The notes: a model not told the origin generated them from the sequence alone. A stretch of DNA of 64,000 bases from Clostridiales bacterium (GCA_015055905.1 SVHI01000003.1:12942-76941); one strand, 5' to 3'. Shown: positions 17,983-26,837, counted from the first letter of the stretch. Made by a program: numbers and translations.

Positions 17983-18738
17983 ATGATAGATACTCACGCA
18001 CACCTGAATTATTTTGACGACTTAGACTCGCTTGTTGAAAAAATGAGCGAAGACGGGCTTGATTATATTGTCAATATCGGCACAACAGTCAAAGATTCAA
18101 TTCAAGGTGTTGAACTTGCAAATAAATATGAAAAAGTATACACAACTGTAGGAATTTATCCTGAATATTCGCTTGATGTGACAAAAAATGACCTTGACAC
18201 TATCAAAGACCTTGCAAAAAACGAAAAGGTTGTTGCTATAGGTGAAATTGGGCTTGATTATCACAGAGAAGATTATGACAAAATCACACAGCGTGAAATT
18301 TTGATAAAACAACTTGAAATTGCTGACGAAATGGGGATTCCGTTTTGTATTCATTGCAGGGGAGCGGTCCAAGACCTTTATGAGATATTAAGTTCACATA
18401 AGCATTTGATTAATCATTCGGGGCTTATGCACTGCTACAGTGAGGGTACTAAGTGGGCAATGAAGTTTGTTGAACTTGGGCTCTATATCAGCCTTGCGGG
18501 GAACATAACTTACAAAAAAAGCGATAGGGAGTTTTTGAAAGATTTGCCGCTTGATAGGATTTTGTTTGAAACTGATTCGCCATATCTTTCGCCAGAGCCA
18601 CTTAGGGGCAGAAAAAATGAGCCAAAAAATGTTAGGGTTACAATGGAAAGAGTTGCGAAAGAAATTGGCATTTCAAGTGAAGAACTTGAGAAGATTTCAA
18701 CTGAAAATGCTAGAAGATTTTATTTTAGAATAAAATAA
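17983..18738 (+). CDS. tatD: TatD family metal-dependent DNase/hydrolase
   Basis: MIDTHAHLN start, EIGLDYH, FCIHCR and ETDSPYL motifs. Corresponds to the yabD synteny position upstream of ksgA. Confidence 0.9.
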   Translation: MIDTHAHLNYFDDLDSLVEKMSEDGLDYIVNIGTTVKDSIQGVELANKYEKVYTTVGIYPEYSLDVTKNDLDTIKDLAKNEKVVAIGEIGLDYHREDYDKITQREILIKQLEIADEMGIPFCIHCRGAVQDLYEILSSHKHLINHSGLMHCYSEGTKWAMKFVELGLYISLAGNITYKKSDREFLKDLPLDRILFETDSPYLSPEPLRGRKNEPKNVRVTMERVAKEIGISSEELEKISTENARRFYFRIK

Positions 18739-18751
18739 AAAAGGAAAAATT

Positions 18752-19549
18752 ATGGGAAACTTTACATTCAAAAAGAAATTTGGTCAAAACTTTTTGTCAG
18801 ACAAAAATTTGCTTAACGAAATTGTGGCAAAGGCTGGCGTTACAAGTGATGACGTTGTTGTTGAAATTGGTGCAGGAAAAGGCGCGCTCACAGAGGCGAT
18901 TTCTGCCGCAGCAAAAAAAGTTTATTCCTTTGAGGTTGACAAGGAGTTAATTGATTATTTAACCGAAAAATTTGACGGAACAAATGTTGAATTTGTGTTT
19001 AAAGATGTTATGGATATTAGCGATAAAGAACTGCACGAGATTGTTGGTGGGAAGTTTAAACTTGTTGCAAATTTGCCATATTATATAACCTCGCCAATTC
19101 TCACAAGATTTTTGCAAAATGAATATTTGGAATCGGCAACAGTTATGGTTCAAGAAGAGGTTGCTGACCGCATTATTGCTGGGCCAAGAACAAAAGATTA
19201 TGGCGTTTTGACTGTAATGTGCCAACTTTTAGGCGAGACAAAAAAGGTTTTGAGAGTTAACAGAAAAATGTTCTATCCTGTGCCAAATGTTGATTCAGCG
19301 GTTGTCAAAATTGAAAAATATAAACATAAAGAAGAAATTGATTACAATAAACTCATTGCGTTTGTTAAAAAATCATTCACAATGAGAAGAAAAAAACTCT
19401 CTGCCAATCTTGAAACTGCAAGGTTTTCAAAACAGGCAATAGAAGAGGTTTTGGTGGACAATGGATACCTTGCCACAACCAGGGCAGAGGAACTTTCAAT
19501 TAATGACTTCAAGAGATTATATTGGTTGTTTTTGGATATAATTGGCTAA
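18752..19549 (+). CDS. rsmA: 16S rRNA (adenine1518/1519-N6)-dimethyltransferase
   Basis: KKFGQNFL, VVEIGAGKGALT and ANLPYYITSPI motifs. Confidence 0.95.
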   Translation: MGNFTFKKKFGQNFLSDKNLLNEIVAKAGVTSDDVVVEIGAGKGALTEAISAAAKKVYSFEVDKELIDYLTEKFDGTNVEFVFKDVMDISDKELHEIVGGKFKLVANLPYYITSPILTRFLQNEYLESATVMVQEEVADRIIAGPRTKDYGVLTVMCQLLGETKKVLRVNRKMFYPVPNVDSAVVKIEKYKHKEEIDYNKLIAFVKKSFTMRRKKLSANLETARFSKQAIEEVLVDNGYLATTRAEELSINDFKRLYWLFLDIIG

Positions 19550-19587
19550 AGTGGCATAAATTGTTTAAATTGAACTATTTAAACATC

Positions 19588-19615
19588 TTGACAAAGGCTA
19601 TTAAAAATTTATAAT
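19588..19615 (+). promoter_or_regulatory. Sigma-70-type promoter
   Basis: TTGACA-16-TATAAT upstream of the lipoprotein gene. Confidence 0.6.
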
Positions 19616-19648
19616 ATAAATCATATTACAATGGAATTAGAGGGCTCT

Positions 19649-21154
19649 ATGAAAAAATTACTTAAAAGTTGTTTGGCTGTAGCACTTGTGTTCATCACAG
19701 CATTTAGCTTTGTTGGATGCGGAACAAAACTTTCAGCAACAACAGTTGACACTTCAAAAGTTAAGGTTGTAAACGGCGTTTCAACAAATGGTGGAATGAC
19801 CGCAATTTATGACGGATATTTATACTTTATCAACGGAACAAAAACCAATGATGGAACAAACTTAAAGAAAAACACAAAATCTGCAATCTGCAAAGTTGCT
19901 TATAACGAGGCAACAGGTGAGACATCTGGTGATGTTGAAGTTGTGGTTGATGGTCTTGTTGGTTTTGAAGACGGTTCTATTAGATTTTATGGTGACTTTA
20001 TGTATTATGCTGTTCCTTGCAGTGACAAAAACTACAAGGGCGATGTTTTGTATAACAAGACAACATTTATGAGATATGACCTTGTTAACAAAAAGGCTTA
20101 TGAAGTTTACACAACTGAACTTAACAGCGCAGATGAAAAGATTTCTTATGCATACTATGTTGTTGATAGCACTCTCAACTTGGTTGTTTATGAAACAAGC
20201 AACAAAACAATCACAAGTTTGAAAGTTGACAAAAAGGTTGCTCAAAATTATCAAATTGCTAATGTAACTGGCTGTGTTATGAGTGAAAACAATGGCGTTG
20301 TTGTTACACCAAACGCTACTATTGACGCAAACTCTTATGTGTTCTACACAAAAGCACCTGAACAATATGAAGCAGTTCAATCAGGTTCAAAGGTTTATAG
20401 AACATCTTCAGTTAAAGACAATAGTTTCTTGCTTTCAACAGGTCACACTGTTACTCTTGATTCAATTATGGCTGGAAAACTTATCACAACATCAAATGAT
20501 ATGGTTTATCTCCACGAAATCAAAGGTTCAACAACCGATACACTCAAGTTTGAAGAAAACTGTATTTCTTATGCAGTTTATGACAATGCAATTTTCTTGG
20601 AAAACTATGCTATTGAATACACAACTGATGCTGAACCAGTTGCACAGCTTGTTAAAAAACAAGGCAATGTTTGTGTTCTTTACATCTCAAATGAAACATT
20701 CTACTTTATGATTATGGACTGGACTTCTGGTCACGAACTTCCAGCAGAAAAAATCACATCTCTTCACGATGTGAAAGATGTTGTTCTTTATGCTATTGCT
20801 CAAGTTGAAGAAATTGTTGTTGAAGACGACGCATCAACAGAAGATGTTAATGAAGAAGAAAAGAGAACAGTTCTCTTTGCAATCTATTCAGTTGAAAGTG
20901 TTATGTATAAGGTTGAAATTGCAGAAGTTAAAGACGAAAACACTCTTGTGATTTCACACTGGACAAACCCAATCAAACTTGCATCAACAAAGATTGCTGC
21001 TGCAACAGGTCTCTTGGTTCCTGAAGTTATTGGTGAATATTTATTCATTATGTCAGAAGATTCAAGCAAAAATGTTTATATGTATAAGATTGCTTTGAAT
21101 AACAAAGAATCAAGCACAAAAGAAGCAACAAAAATCTGGCTCGAAGAAAAATAA
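19649..21154 (+). CDS. Hypothetical lipoprotein (beta-propeller-like repeats?)
   Basis: MKKLLKSCLAVALVFITAFSFVGC signal peptide and lipobox. ATG 19649 follows a GAGGG SD. Confidence 0.6.
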   Translation: MKKLLKSCLAVALVFITAFSFVGCGTKLSATTVDTSKVKVVNGVSTNGGMTAIYDGYLYFINGTKTNDGTNLKKNTKSAICKVAYNEATGETSGDVEVVVDGLVGFEDGSIRFYGDFMYYAVPCSDKNYKGDVLYNKTTFMRYDLVNKKAYEVYTTELNSADEKISYAYYVVDSTLNLVVYETSNKTITSLKVDKKVAQNYQIANVTGCVMSENNGVVVTPNATIDANSYVFYTKAPEQYEAVQSGSKVYRTSSVKDNSFLLSTGHTVTLDSIMAGKLITTSNDMVYLHEIKGSTTDTLKFEENCISYAVYDNAIFLENYAIEYTTDAEPVAQLVKKQGNVCVLYISNETFYFMIMDWTSGHELPAEKITSLHDVKDVVLYAIAQVEEIVVEDDASTEDVNEEEKRTVLFAIYSVESVMYKVEIAEVKDENTLVISHWTNPIKLASTKIAAATGLLVPEVIGEYLFIMSEDSSKNVYMYKIALNNKESSTKEATKIWLEEK

Positions 21155-21161
21155 GACAAAC

Positions 21162-21193
21162 AAAAAGGTAAACAGAAATGTTTACCTTTTTTT
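21162..21193. terminator. Bidirectional intrinsic terminator
   Basis: AGGTAAACA-gaaa-TGTTTACCT flanked by an A-run and a T-run. Confidence 0.75.
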
Positions 21194-21208
21194 GTGTTTA
21201 AAAAATTT

Positions 21209-21454
21209 TTAATGGTTTGCTTTATATTCTTTCAAGGCTCTTGCGAGTTGGTCAGGACAAGATGTTCCTGCTCTGCATTGAATTCCTTCTAAGAGGGAAA
21301 TGACTTCGTCAACAGGTCTGCCTTCAGCGAGTTTTGCAACGCCTTGAGTGTTTCCCATACAGCCGCCATTGAATTTAACGTGTGTAACGATGTTGTTTTC
21401 AACTTCAAAGTCGATTGTTCTTGAGCAAACGCCACTTGTTCTATAAGTTTCCAT
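21209..21454 (-). CDS. TSCPD-domain protein (TIGR03905-like)
   Basis: GVCSRTIDFEV...KFNGGCMGNTQGV...IQCRAGTSCPDQLA four-Cys pattern. A GGAGA SD favours the METYR start at 21454. Confidence 0.8.
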   Translation of the reverse strand: METYRTSGVCSRTIDFEVENNIVTHVKFNGGCMGNTQGVAKLAEGRPVDEVISLLEGIQCRAGTSCPDQLARALKEYKANH

Positions 21455-21458
21455 TTGT

Positions 21459-21977
21459 TTAATCTCCATCAATTAAAATTCTATAAAGTTCGCCGTAAAC
21501 CTCACCAGCGCATTTGTTCCATTTATTGAAAACGGTTTTTGCTTCGGCACGGTTTGCAACGTTCAAACTAAGTTCGAGTTTTGTTCCAAGAGGTTCCAAA
21601 ATTTTAAGCCTAACGGTGTAGGTTCCGTCTGGGTTTTGATAATAGTCTTTGAAATATTCTTGTTTTCTTTTATATTCTTGGCGGTTCTTTTTGATAAACA
21701 AGCCAATTTCTTTTCTTGTTGAAGATGGAATCTTCATAAAGAAATAGTTTAAACAATCTCGACCTTCTTGAGTAATTTTGTAATATTCGGTTTTTGAAGT
21801 AACTGTTGAAAAAATAAATCTTGCTTGAACGAGGTCAGGGAGTATTTCAGTGAGGGTCATATATGTTAGCCAGTCATTTTGGCTGCAACACATATCGTTC
21901 AGCGTTTCTTTGGTTATTGGAATTTCCATTTGGTCGAAAACATATAATAAAATTAATTTACTAACTGTTGTGTCCAT
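21459..21977 (-). CDS. DUF4364 family (PadR-like winged-helix) protein
   Basis: The N-terminal KLILLYVFDQMEIPITKETL pattern and pairing with a TSCPD gene are typical of Clostridia-type genomes. Confidence 0.6.
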   Translation of the reverse strand: MDTTVSKLILLYVFDQMEIPITKETLNDMCCSQNDWLTYMTLTEILPDLVQARFIFSTVTSKTEYYKITQEGRDCLNYFFMKIPSSTRKEIGLFIKKNRQEYKRKQEYFKDYYQNPDGTYTVRLKILEPLGTKLELSLNVANRAEAKTVFNKWNKCAGEVYGELYRILIDGD

Positions 21978-22130
21978 ATTATACCTTTATAAAAAATTCT
22001 ATAAACATCATAACATATGTTCAAGAAAAAAGAAATACAATATGACGATTTTCGTAAAAATTTTAGACATTAGTTTGAGTTTAGTTGTTTGAATAATTTT
22101 TATATGCTAAAATTTAAGTGTAGGTGGACT

Positions 22131-22859
22131 ATGGCCAAAAATAACACAAACATTGAAATTGATAACTTCCTCAATGCTATTAGTAGTATGTTGGAGTCGA
22201 AATATATATTAATTGATAGAAAAATTTCCGATATTTTGTATGCTATTGCAAACACCGAAGCGGTATATCACGTGATTGCAAAAAGTATGATTAACTTTGA
22301 TTTTAGACAGTCTTGGAATAGGGCGGTTAACTCAACATTTATAAAACTCCCTGAAAAAGATGCTGACAGAATTGCATTTATATTCTGTTTTTTGAATAAC
22401 ATTGACGATAAAAATCTTGACATAACAATGGTTTTGGATAAATATTTCTCTTATGATGCTGAAACAAAGCCTTATGAACTTTTTTGCAAAAACATCATTG
22501 TTGAGTTCAAGATGCTTATTTTGAAAGAACTTGGGCTTGGCTATCAAAAAGAAGTGGTTTTTGAGGGTGAGCCTGAAAATGTTGACGAGTTTGAAATGCT
22601 TTCAAATCTTTTAAGAGATTTTGCGCACATTGTTATTGTTAAGAAAAAAGTTAAGGTTGTGGGAATGAAAAAAGACAATCTCATTGACATTGCGTTAACT
22701 TTTTCAAAGGTTGCATTAGACAGAAATGCAGAGTATTTTGGAGCATTTTTGTTAATGATTAACTCAGCGATATCAAAAAATAAAGAATTGAAAGAGAAAT
22801 TTAAACCAATAAATAATTTAGCAAACGATATAATGGAGAAGTCAAATGAAACACGTTAA
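22131..22859 (+). CDS. Hypothetical protein (242 aa)
   Basis: AGGTGG SD before ATG 22131 and an extended -10 (TGcTAAAAT) at 22105-22113. No recognised domain. Confidence 0.55.
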   Translation: MAKNNTNIEIDNFLNAISSMLESKYILIDRKISDILYAIANTEAVYHVIAKSMINFDFRQSWNRAVNSTFIKLPEKDADRIAFIFCFLNNIDDKNLDITMVLDKYFSYDAETKPYELFCKNIIVEFKMLILKELGLGYQKEVVFEGEPENVDEFEMLSNLLRDFAHIVIVKKKVKVVGMKKDNLIDIALTFSKVALDRNAEYFGAFLLMINSAISKNKELKEKFKPINNLANDIMEKSNETR

Positions 22860-23238
22860 AGATTTTGATAAGGAAAAAATTGCCGAATATACAGATGAAG
22901 AACTTAAAATGTTCATCAACCAAATCATAATGCAAAGAAGTGTTTTGCAACAAAAATGCGCTGATGAAATGCAAGTTTATCTTGGAAACGAAAAGTTTGA
23001 TATCTATTCTAGGTCAGGTGAGAGAAAGATTAACAAAATCTCTGAAAAATATGCAGGATATTTTGCTGGTGCAGACTATTTGGAAGAAATCATTAACACC
23101 GAACTCAAAAAGAGAGAAAAATATAACGAAGAGCAAAAATATAGCGGCAGAAGCATCGTTAGAAGAGAGATGTCAAAAGAAGAGTTCTTGGAAAAAGAGC
23201 AAGACAAAACTTGGGCGTATAAATCTAAAATTGAGTAA
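22846..23238 (+). CDS. Hypothetical protein (130 aa, helical and charged)
   Basis: Overlaps the upstream gene by 14 nt, suggesting translational coupling. No recognised domain. Confidence 0.5.
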   Translation: MKHVKDFDKEKIAEYTDEELKMFINQIIMQRSVLQQKCADEMQVYLGNEKFDIYSRSGERKINKISEKYAGYFAGADYLEEIINTELKKREKYNEEQKYSGRSIVRREMSKEEFLEKEQDKTWAYKSKIE

Positions 23239-23255
23239 AATTTTATAAAAAATTA

Positions 23256-23284
23256 TTGCAAAAACAAACTGTGTATGCTATACT
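23256..23284 (+). promoter_or_regulatory. Promoter of tRNA-Glu
   Basis: TTGCAA-17-TATACT, with TG 1 nt upstream of the -10. Confidence 0.55.
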
Positions 23285-23303
23285 TTGTGAGTGAACAAAA
23301 TAT

Positions 23304-23378
23304 GGCATCATAGTCTAGCGGCTAGGACGCACGCCTCTCACGCGTGAGACCGGAGTTCGATTCTCCGTGGTGCTACCA
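23304..23378 (+). tRNA. tRNA-Glu (anticodon CTC), CCA encoded
   Basis: The cloverleaf was folded by hand. The acceptor stem GGCATCA/TGGTGCT has 2 G-U pairs and the D arm is GTCT..GGAC. The anticodon stem CACGC/GCGTG closes the loop CT-CTC-AC. The T arm is CGGAG-TTCGATT-CTCCG, followed by ACCA. Confidence 0.85.
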
Positions 23379-23387
23379 ATAAAAAAA

Positions 23388-23416
23388 AGGAAGAACGAAA
23401 GTTCTTCCTTTTTTTA
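23388..23416 (+). terminator. Intrinsic terminator after tRNA-Glu
   Basis: AGGAAGAAC-gaaa-GTTCTTCCT followed by T7. Confidence 0.8.
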
Positions 23417-23419
23417 TTT

Positions 23420-23840
23420 GCACCACAAGAAAATGCGAACTTGACGAGGAATGAAATGACGAGCAAGTTCGATGGCGTAGCCCACGAGTGAACGAGCAGA
23501 GTGGGCGAGAGAAAATGAAGACGGCTGGCGGGAGGCGGGCGGAATAGAAATTCGCGAGTATTGTCCGTGGTGCAAGTGGGTTTTTGTTTGTTCACACCAC
23601 AAGAAAATGCGAACTTGACGAGGAGTGAAATGACGAGCAAGTTCGATGGCGTAGCCCACGAGTGAACGAGCAGAGTGGGCGAGAGAAAATGAAGACGGCT
23701 GGCGTTGCGGGCGGAAGAGAAGTTCGCGAGTATTGTCCGTGGTGCAAGTGGTTTTTTTATTTGTTTGCACCACGAGAGAATCTCGAACTTGACGAGGAGC
23801 AGAGAGACGAGCAGGTTCGATGGCGTAGCCCACGAGTGAA
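23420..23840 (+). repeat. GC-rich tandem repeat of 2.4 copies (units 23420-23593, 23594-23766, and truncated 23767-23840); candidate structured RNA or tRNA-derived element
   Basis: Direct alignment of the three copies gives periods of 174 and 173 bp. Each unit contains conserved hairpins and a TCCGTGGTGC motif identical to the tRNA-Glu 3' end, and full units end in a T-run. Confidence 0.85.
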
Positions 23841-23871
23841 TTAAGAAATTAGGAAAAAAGATTAAAAATAA

Positions 23872-23898
23872 TTAGCACTCTATGCTTGACAGTGCTAA
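23872..23898 (+). promoter_or_regulatory. CIRCE operator (HrcA binding site) upstream of clpB
   Basis: TTAGCACTC-N9-CAGTGCTAA versus the consensus TTAGCACTC-N9-GAGTGCTAA (1 mismatch). Confidence 0.8.
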
Positions 23899-23914
23899 AA
23901 AGTAGTGGTATATT
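23886..23914 (+). promoter_or_regulatory. clpB promoter overlapping CIRCE
   Basis: TTGACA-17-TATATT with an extended TG. Confidence 0.65.
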
Positions 23915-23970
23915 TTTATGTGCTAGGGGATAGAATTTAACTTGAAGCCTAGCAAAGAAGGAGAAAGATT

Positions 23971-26559
23971 ATGAATTTTGAAAAATATACTGAGAAATCA
24001 CTTTCGGCTGTTCAAAGTTCGCAAAGACTCGCGACCGAAAATGGAAACAGCCAAATTGAGCAGGTTCATTTGCTTTATAGTCTTCTTGTTCAAGAAAATG
24101 GGCTTATTCCAGAGATTATTAAGGCAATGAGCATCGATTTATTAAAATTAACCGATGAAACCAAGGCAAAGATTGACAGGCTTTCGAGAGTGTCGGGACA
24201 ATCTGGCACCTATGCGTCAAACGAACTTGGAAATGTGTTTGCGGAGGCTGAAAAGCAAGCAAATTCAATGAAAGACGACTATGTTTCAGTTGAGCATTTG
24301 TTTTTGGGACTCATCGCAAAGGCTGATAGAGATGTGAAAGAAATTTTCGCAAATCACAAAATTACAAAAGATGCATTTTTGAAAATACTTATGAATGTGA
24401 GAGGTAATCAAAGAGTGTCAAATCAAAACCCAGAAGAAACTTATGATGTTCTTAAAAAATATGGTCAAAATCTCACTGATATGGCGAGAAAGAACAAACT
24501 TGACCCGATTATTGGAAGAGACGACGAAATTCGAAATGTTATTAGGATATTGTCGCGTAAAACAAAAAACAATCCTGTTTTGATTGGTGAAGCGGGTGTT
24601 GGTAAAACCGCAATCGCTGAAGGTCTTGCAATTCGTATTTTTAAGGGCGATGTTCCTTTGTCGCTCAAAAACCGCGAAGTGTTCTCGCTTGATATGGGAA
24701 GTTTGGTTGCTGGTGCAAAATATCGTGGTGAGTTTGAAGAAAGACTCAAAGCGGTTTTGGCTGAAGTGAAAAAGAGTGAAGGCAAAATTATTTTGTTTAT
24801 TGACGAACTTCACCTTATTGTTGGTGCAGGAAAGAGTGACGGTGCAATGGACGCTGGAAACATCTTAAAACCACTCCTTGCGCGTGGTGAACTTCACTGT
24901 ATTGGTGCAACAACTCTCGACGAATATAGAAAATATATTGAAAAAGACCCAGCACTTGAGCGTCGTTTTCAACCTGTTATGGTAAATGAACCAACCGTTG
25001 AAGACACAATCACAATTCTTCGTGGAATTAAGGAAAGATATGAGGTTTTCCACGGGGTTAAGATTGCTGACAATGCGCTCGTTTCAGCTGCTATGCTTTC
25101 AAATAGATACATCACTGACAGGTTCCTTCCAGACAAGGCGATTGACCTTGTTGACGAGGCTTGCGCAAACATTAAGACTGAAATCGACTCAATGCCAACT
25201 GAAATGGACGAGATTAATAGAAAGATTATTGGTCTTCAAATTGAAGAGGCAGGGCTCAAGAAAGAAACTGACGATATTTCAAAATCAAGGTTAGCCAAGA
25301 TTCAGGCGGAACTTTCAAAATATAAAGATAAATATGACCAAATGACCGCAAAATGGCAAAACGAAAAGAAAGCGATTGAACAAATCAATAAACTCAAAGG
25401 CGAGATTGAAGATGTTAAGTCACAAATTGAGCACGCGAAAAAAGAATATGATTTGAACAAGGCGGCAGAACTATCTTATTCAACACTTCCTAGTCTTGAA
25501 AAAGAACTTTCTAAAGCAGAGAGCGAGTATGAAAAAACAAAAGGCAACAATCTTTTGAGAAACAAGGTGACCGAAGAAGAAATTTCAAAAATTGTGTCAC
25601 GCTGGACGGGAATTCCTGTTTCAAAACTAAACGAAAGCGACAAAGAAAAACTTTTGAGATTAGAGGAAATCTTGCATAAACGCGTTATTGGTCAAGACGA
25701 GGCAGTGAGCAAGGTTGCTGATGCAATTTTGAGGTCTAGAGCGGGTATTGCTGACCCAAACAAACCAGTTGGTTCGTTCTTGTTCCTTGGACCTACAGGC
25801 GTTGGTAAAACTGAACTTTCAAAGGCACTTGCTGAAGCACTTTTTGATGACGAAAAAAACATTGTTCGAATTGATATGAGCGAGTATATGGAAAAATTCT
25901 CGGTGTCAAGGCTCATTGGTGCGCCTCCTGGATATGTTGGCTATGACGAGGGCGGGGAACTAACCGAAGCAGTGAGACGTCACCCATATTCAGTTGTTTT
26001 GTTTGATGAAATCGAAAAGGCACACCCAGATGTGTTCAACATACTTCTTCAAATGCTTGATGACGGCAGAATAACCGACAGCCAAGGCAGAACAGTTGAT
26101 TTTAAGAACACAATTATTATTTTAACATCAAACCTTGGTGCAAACGCCATTTTGGACGGGGTTCGTGAAGACGGAACAATCAAGGCAGAGGCAGTTAATG
26201 AGGTCCACAAAACACTCAAACGCTCATTTAGACCAGAACTTTTGAATAGACTCGACGAGATTATTATTTTCAACCCTCTCACTAAAAATCAAATTGGCAA
26301 TATTGTTGATTTGTTACTTCAAAATGTTAGGGGTAGACTTGAAGAAAAGAACATTGGTTTGGAAATCACAAACACTGCAAAAGATTCAATTATTGAACAA
26401 GGCTATGATGTTGCGTTTGGTGCAAGACCACTTAAAAGGTTTATTTCAAGCACTCTTGAAACGCTGCTTGCAAAAGCAATTATTTCAGGTGGCGTTAAAC
26501 CAAACTCAACCATTGTTGTTGACGCAAAAGACGGCGAATTTAAAATTAGCAACAAATAA
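23971..26559 (+). CDS. clpB: ATP-dependent chaperone/disaggregase ClpB
   Basis: 862 aa with two AAA+ modules (GEAGVGKTAI, GPTGVGKTEL), a long coiled-coil M-domain between them, and a Clp_N repeat N-terminus. Confidence 0.95.
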   Translation: MNFEKYTEKSLSAVQSSQRLATENGNSQIEQVHLLYSLLVQENGLIPEIIKAMSIDLLKLTDETKAKIDRLSRVSGQSGTYASNELGNVFAEAEKQANSMKDDYVSVEHLFLGLIAKADRDVKEIFANHKITKDAFLKILMNVRGNQRVSNQNPEETYDVLKKYGQNLTDMARKNKLDPIIGRDDEIRNVIRILSRKTKNNPVLIGEAGVGKTAIAEGLAIRIFKGDVPLSLKNREVFSLDMGSLVAGAKYRGEFEERLKAVLAEVKKSEGKIILFIDELHLIVGAGKSDGAMDAGNILKPLLARGELHCIGATTLDEYRKYIEKDPALERRFQPVMVNEPTVEDTITILRGIKERYEVFHGVKIADNALVSAAMLSNRYITDRFLPDKAIDLVDEACANIKTEIDSMPTEMDEINRKIIGLQIEEAGLKKETDDISKSRLAKIQAELSKYKDKYDQMTAKWQNEKKAIEQINKLKGEIEDVKSQIEHAKKEYDLNKAAELSYSTLPSLEKELSKAESEYEKTKGNNLLRNKVTEEEISKIVSRWTGIPVSKLNESDKEKLLRLEEILHKRVIGQDEAVSKVADAILRSRAGIADPNKPVGSFLFLGPTGVGKTELSKALAEALFDDEKNIVRIDMSEYMEKFSVSRLIGAPPGYVGYDEGGELTEAVRRHPYSVVLFDEIEKAHPDVFNILLQMLDDGRITDSQGRTVDFKNTIIILTSNLGANAILDGVREDGTIKAEAVNEVHKTLKRSFRPELLNRLDEIIIFNPLTKNQIGNIVDLLLQNVRGRLEEKNIGLEITNTAKDSIIEQGYDVAFGARPLKRFISSTLETLLAKAIISGGVKPNSTIVVDAKDGEFKISNK

Positions 26560-26590
26560 AAAAAGGATTCTATTTTTAGAATCCTTTTTT
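26558..26590. terminator. Bidirectional intrinsic terminator
   Basis: AAGGATTCTA-tttt-TAGAATCCTT flanked by an A-run and a T-run. Confidence 0.75.
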
Positions 26591-26814
26591 CATCTATCAA
26601 AATCAAATAGTTCATTTGGGCAAGTGTCTAAAAGTTTGCAAATGTCATAGAGTTGTTTGTAGTTAAGTTCAAATTTTCCGTTTTCAAAACGGCTGTATTG
26701 TTGTTGGGTCATAAAAAAGGTTTGTGCGATTTGCTTTTGTGTTAAGCCCTTTAGTTTTCTCGCAACTTTTATATTTTCACCTATGGTTTTTGCTAAATCA
26801 TTATTATTTTTCAT
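26590..26814 (-). CDS. XRE family helix-turn-helix transcriptional regulator
   Basis: 74 aa with LKGLTQKQIAQTFFMTQQQYSRFENGK, a classic Cro/C1 HTH. Confidence 0.85.
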   Translation of the reverse strand: MKNNNDLAKTIGENIKVARKLKGLTQKQIAQTFFMTQQQYSRFENGKFELNYKQLYDICKLLDTCPNELFDFDR

Positions 26815-26837
26815 TGTTATAGTATTTATACCACAAA

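Noticed and set aside
23420-23840. Possible CRISPR array
   Set aside because: The repeat period is about 174 bp with no short repeat/unique spacer alternation. The copies are contiguous and homologous along their whole length. No cas genes are in the window.
23338-23844. ORFs of 100 aa and 139 aa on the minus strand and 60 aa on the plus strand spanning the GC-rich repeats
   Set aside because: They exist only because the repeats are GC-rich and stop-poor. Indels between copies (174-bp versus 173-bp periods, with a 2-nt gap) shift the frame, so the repeated peptide is not maintained. No SD or start context is present, and one ORF runs antisense through the tRNA gene.
23239-23970. Integrated mobile element or genomic island at the tRNA-Glu 3' end
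   Set aside because: No integrase, excisionase, transposase or phage gene lies nearby. The tRNA is followed within 600 bp by the clpB promoter. Only the short TCCGTGGTGC motif is duplicated. Ancient att remnants remain one alternative explanation for the repeats.
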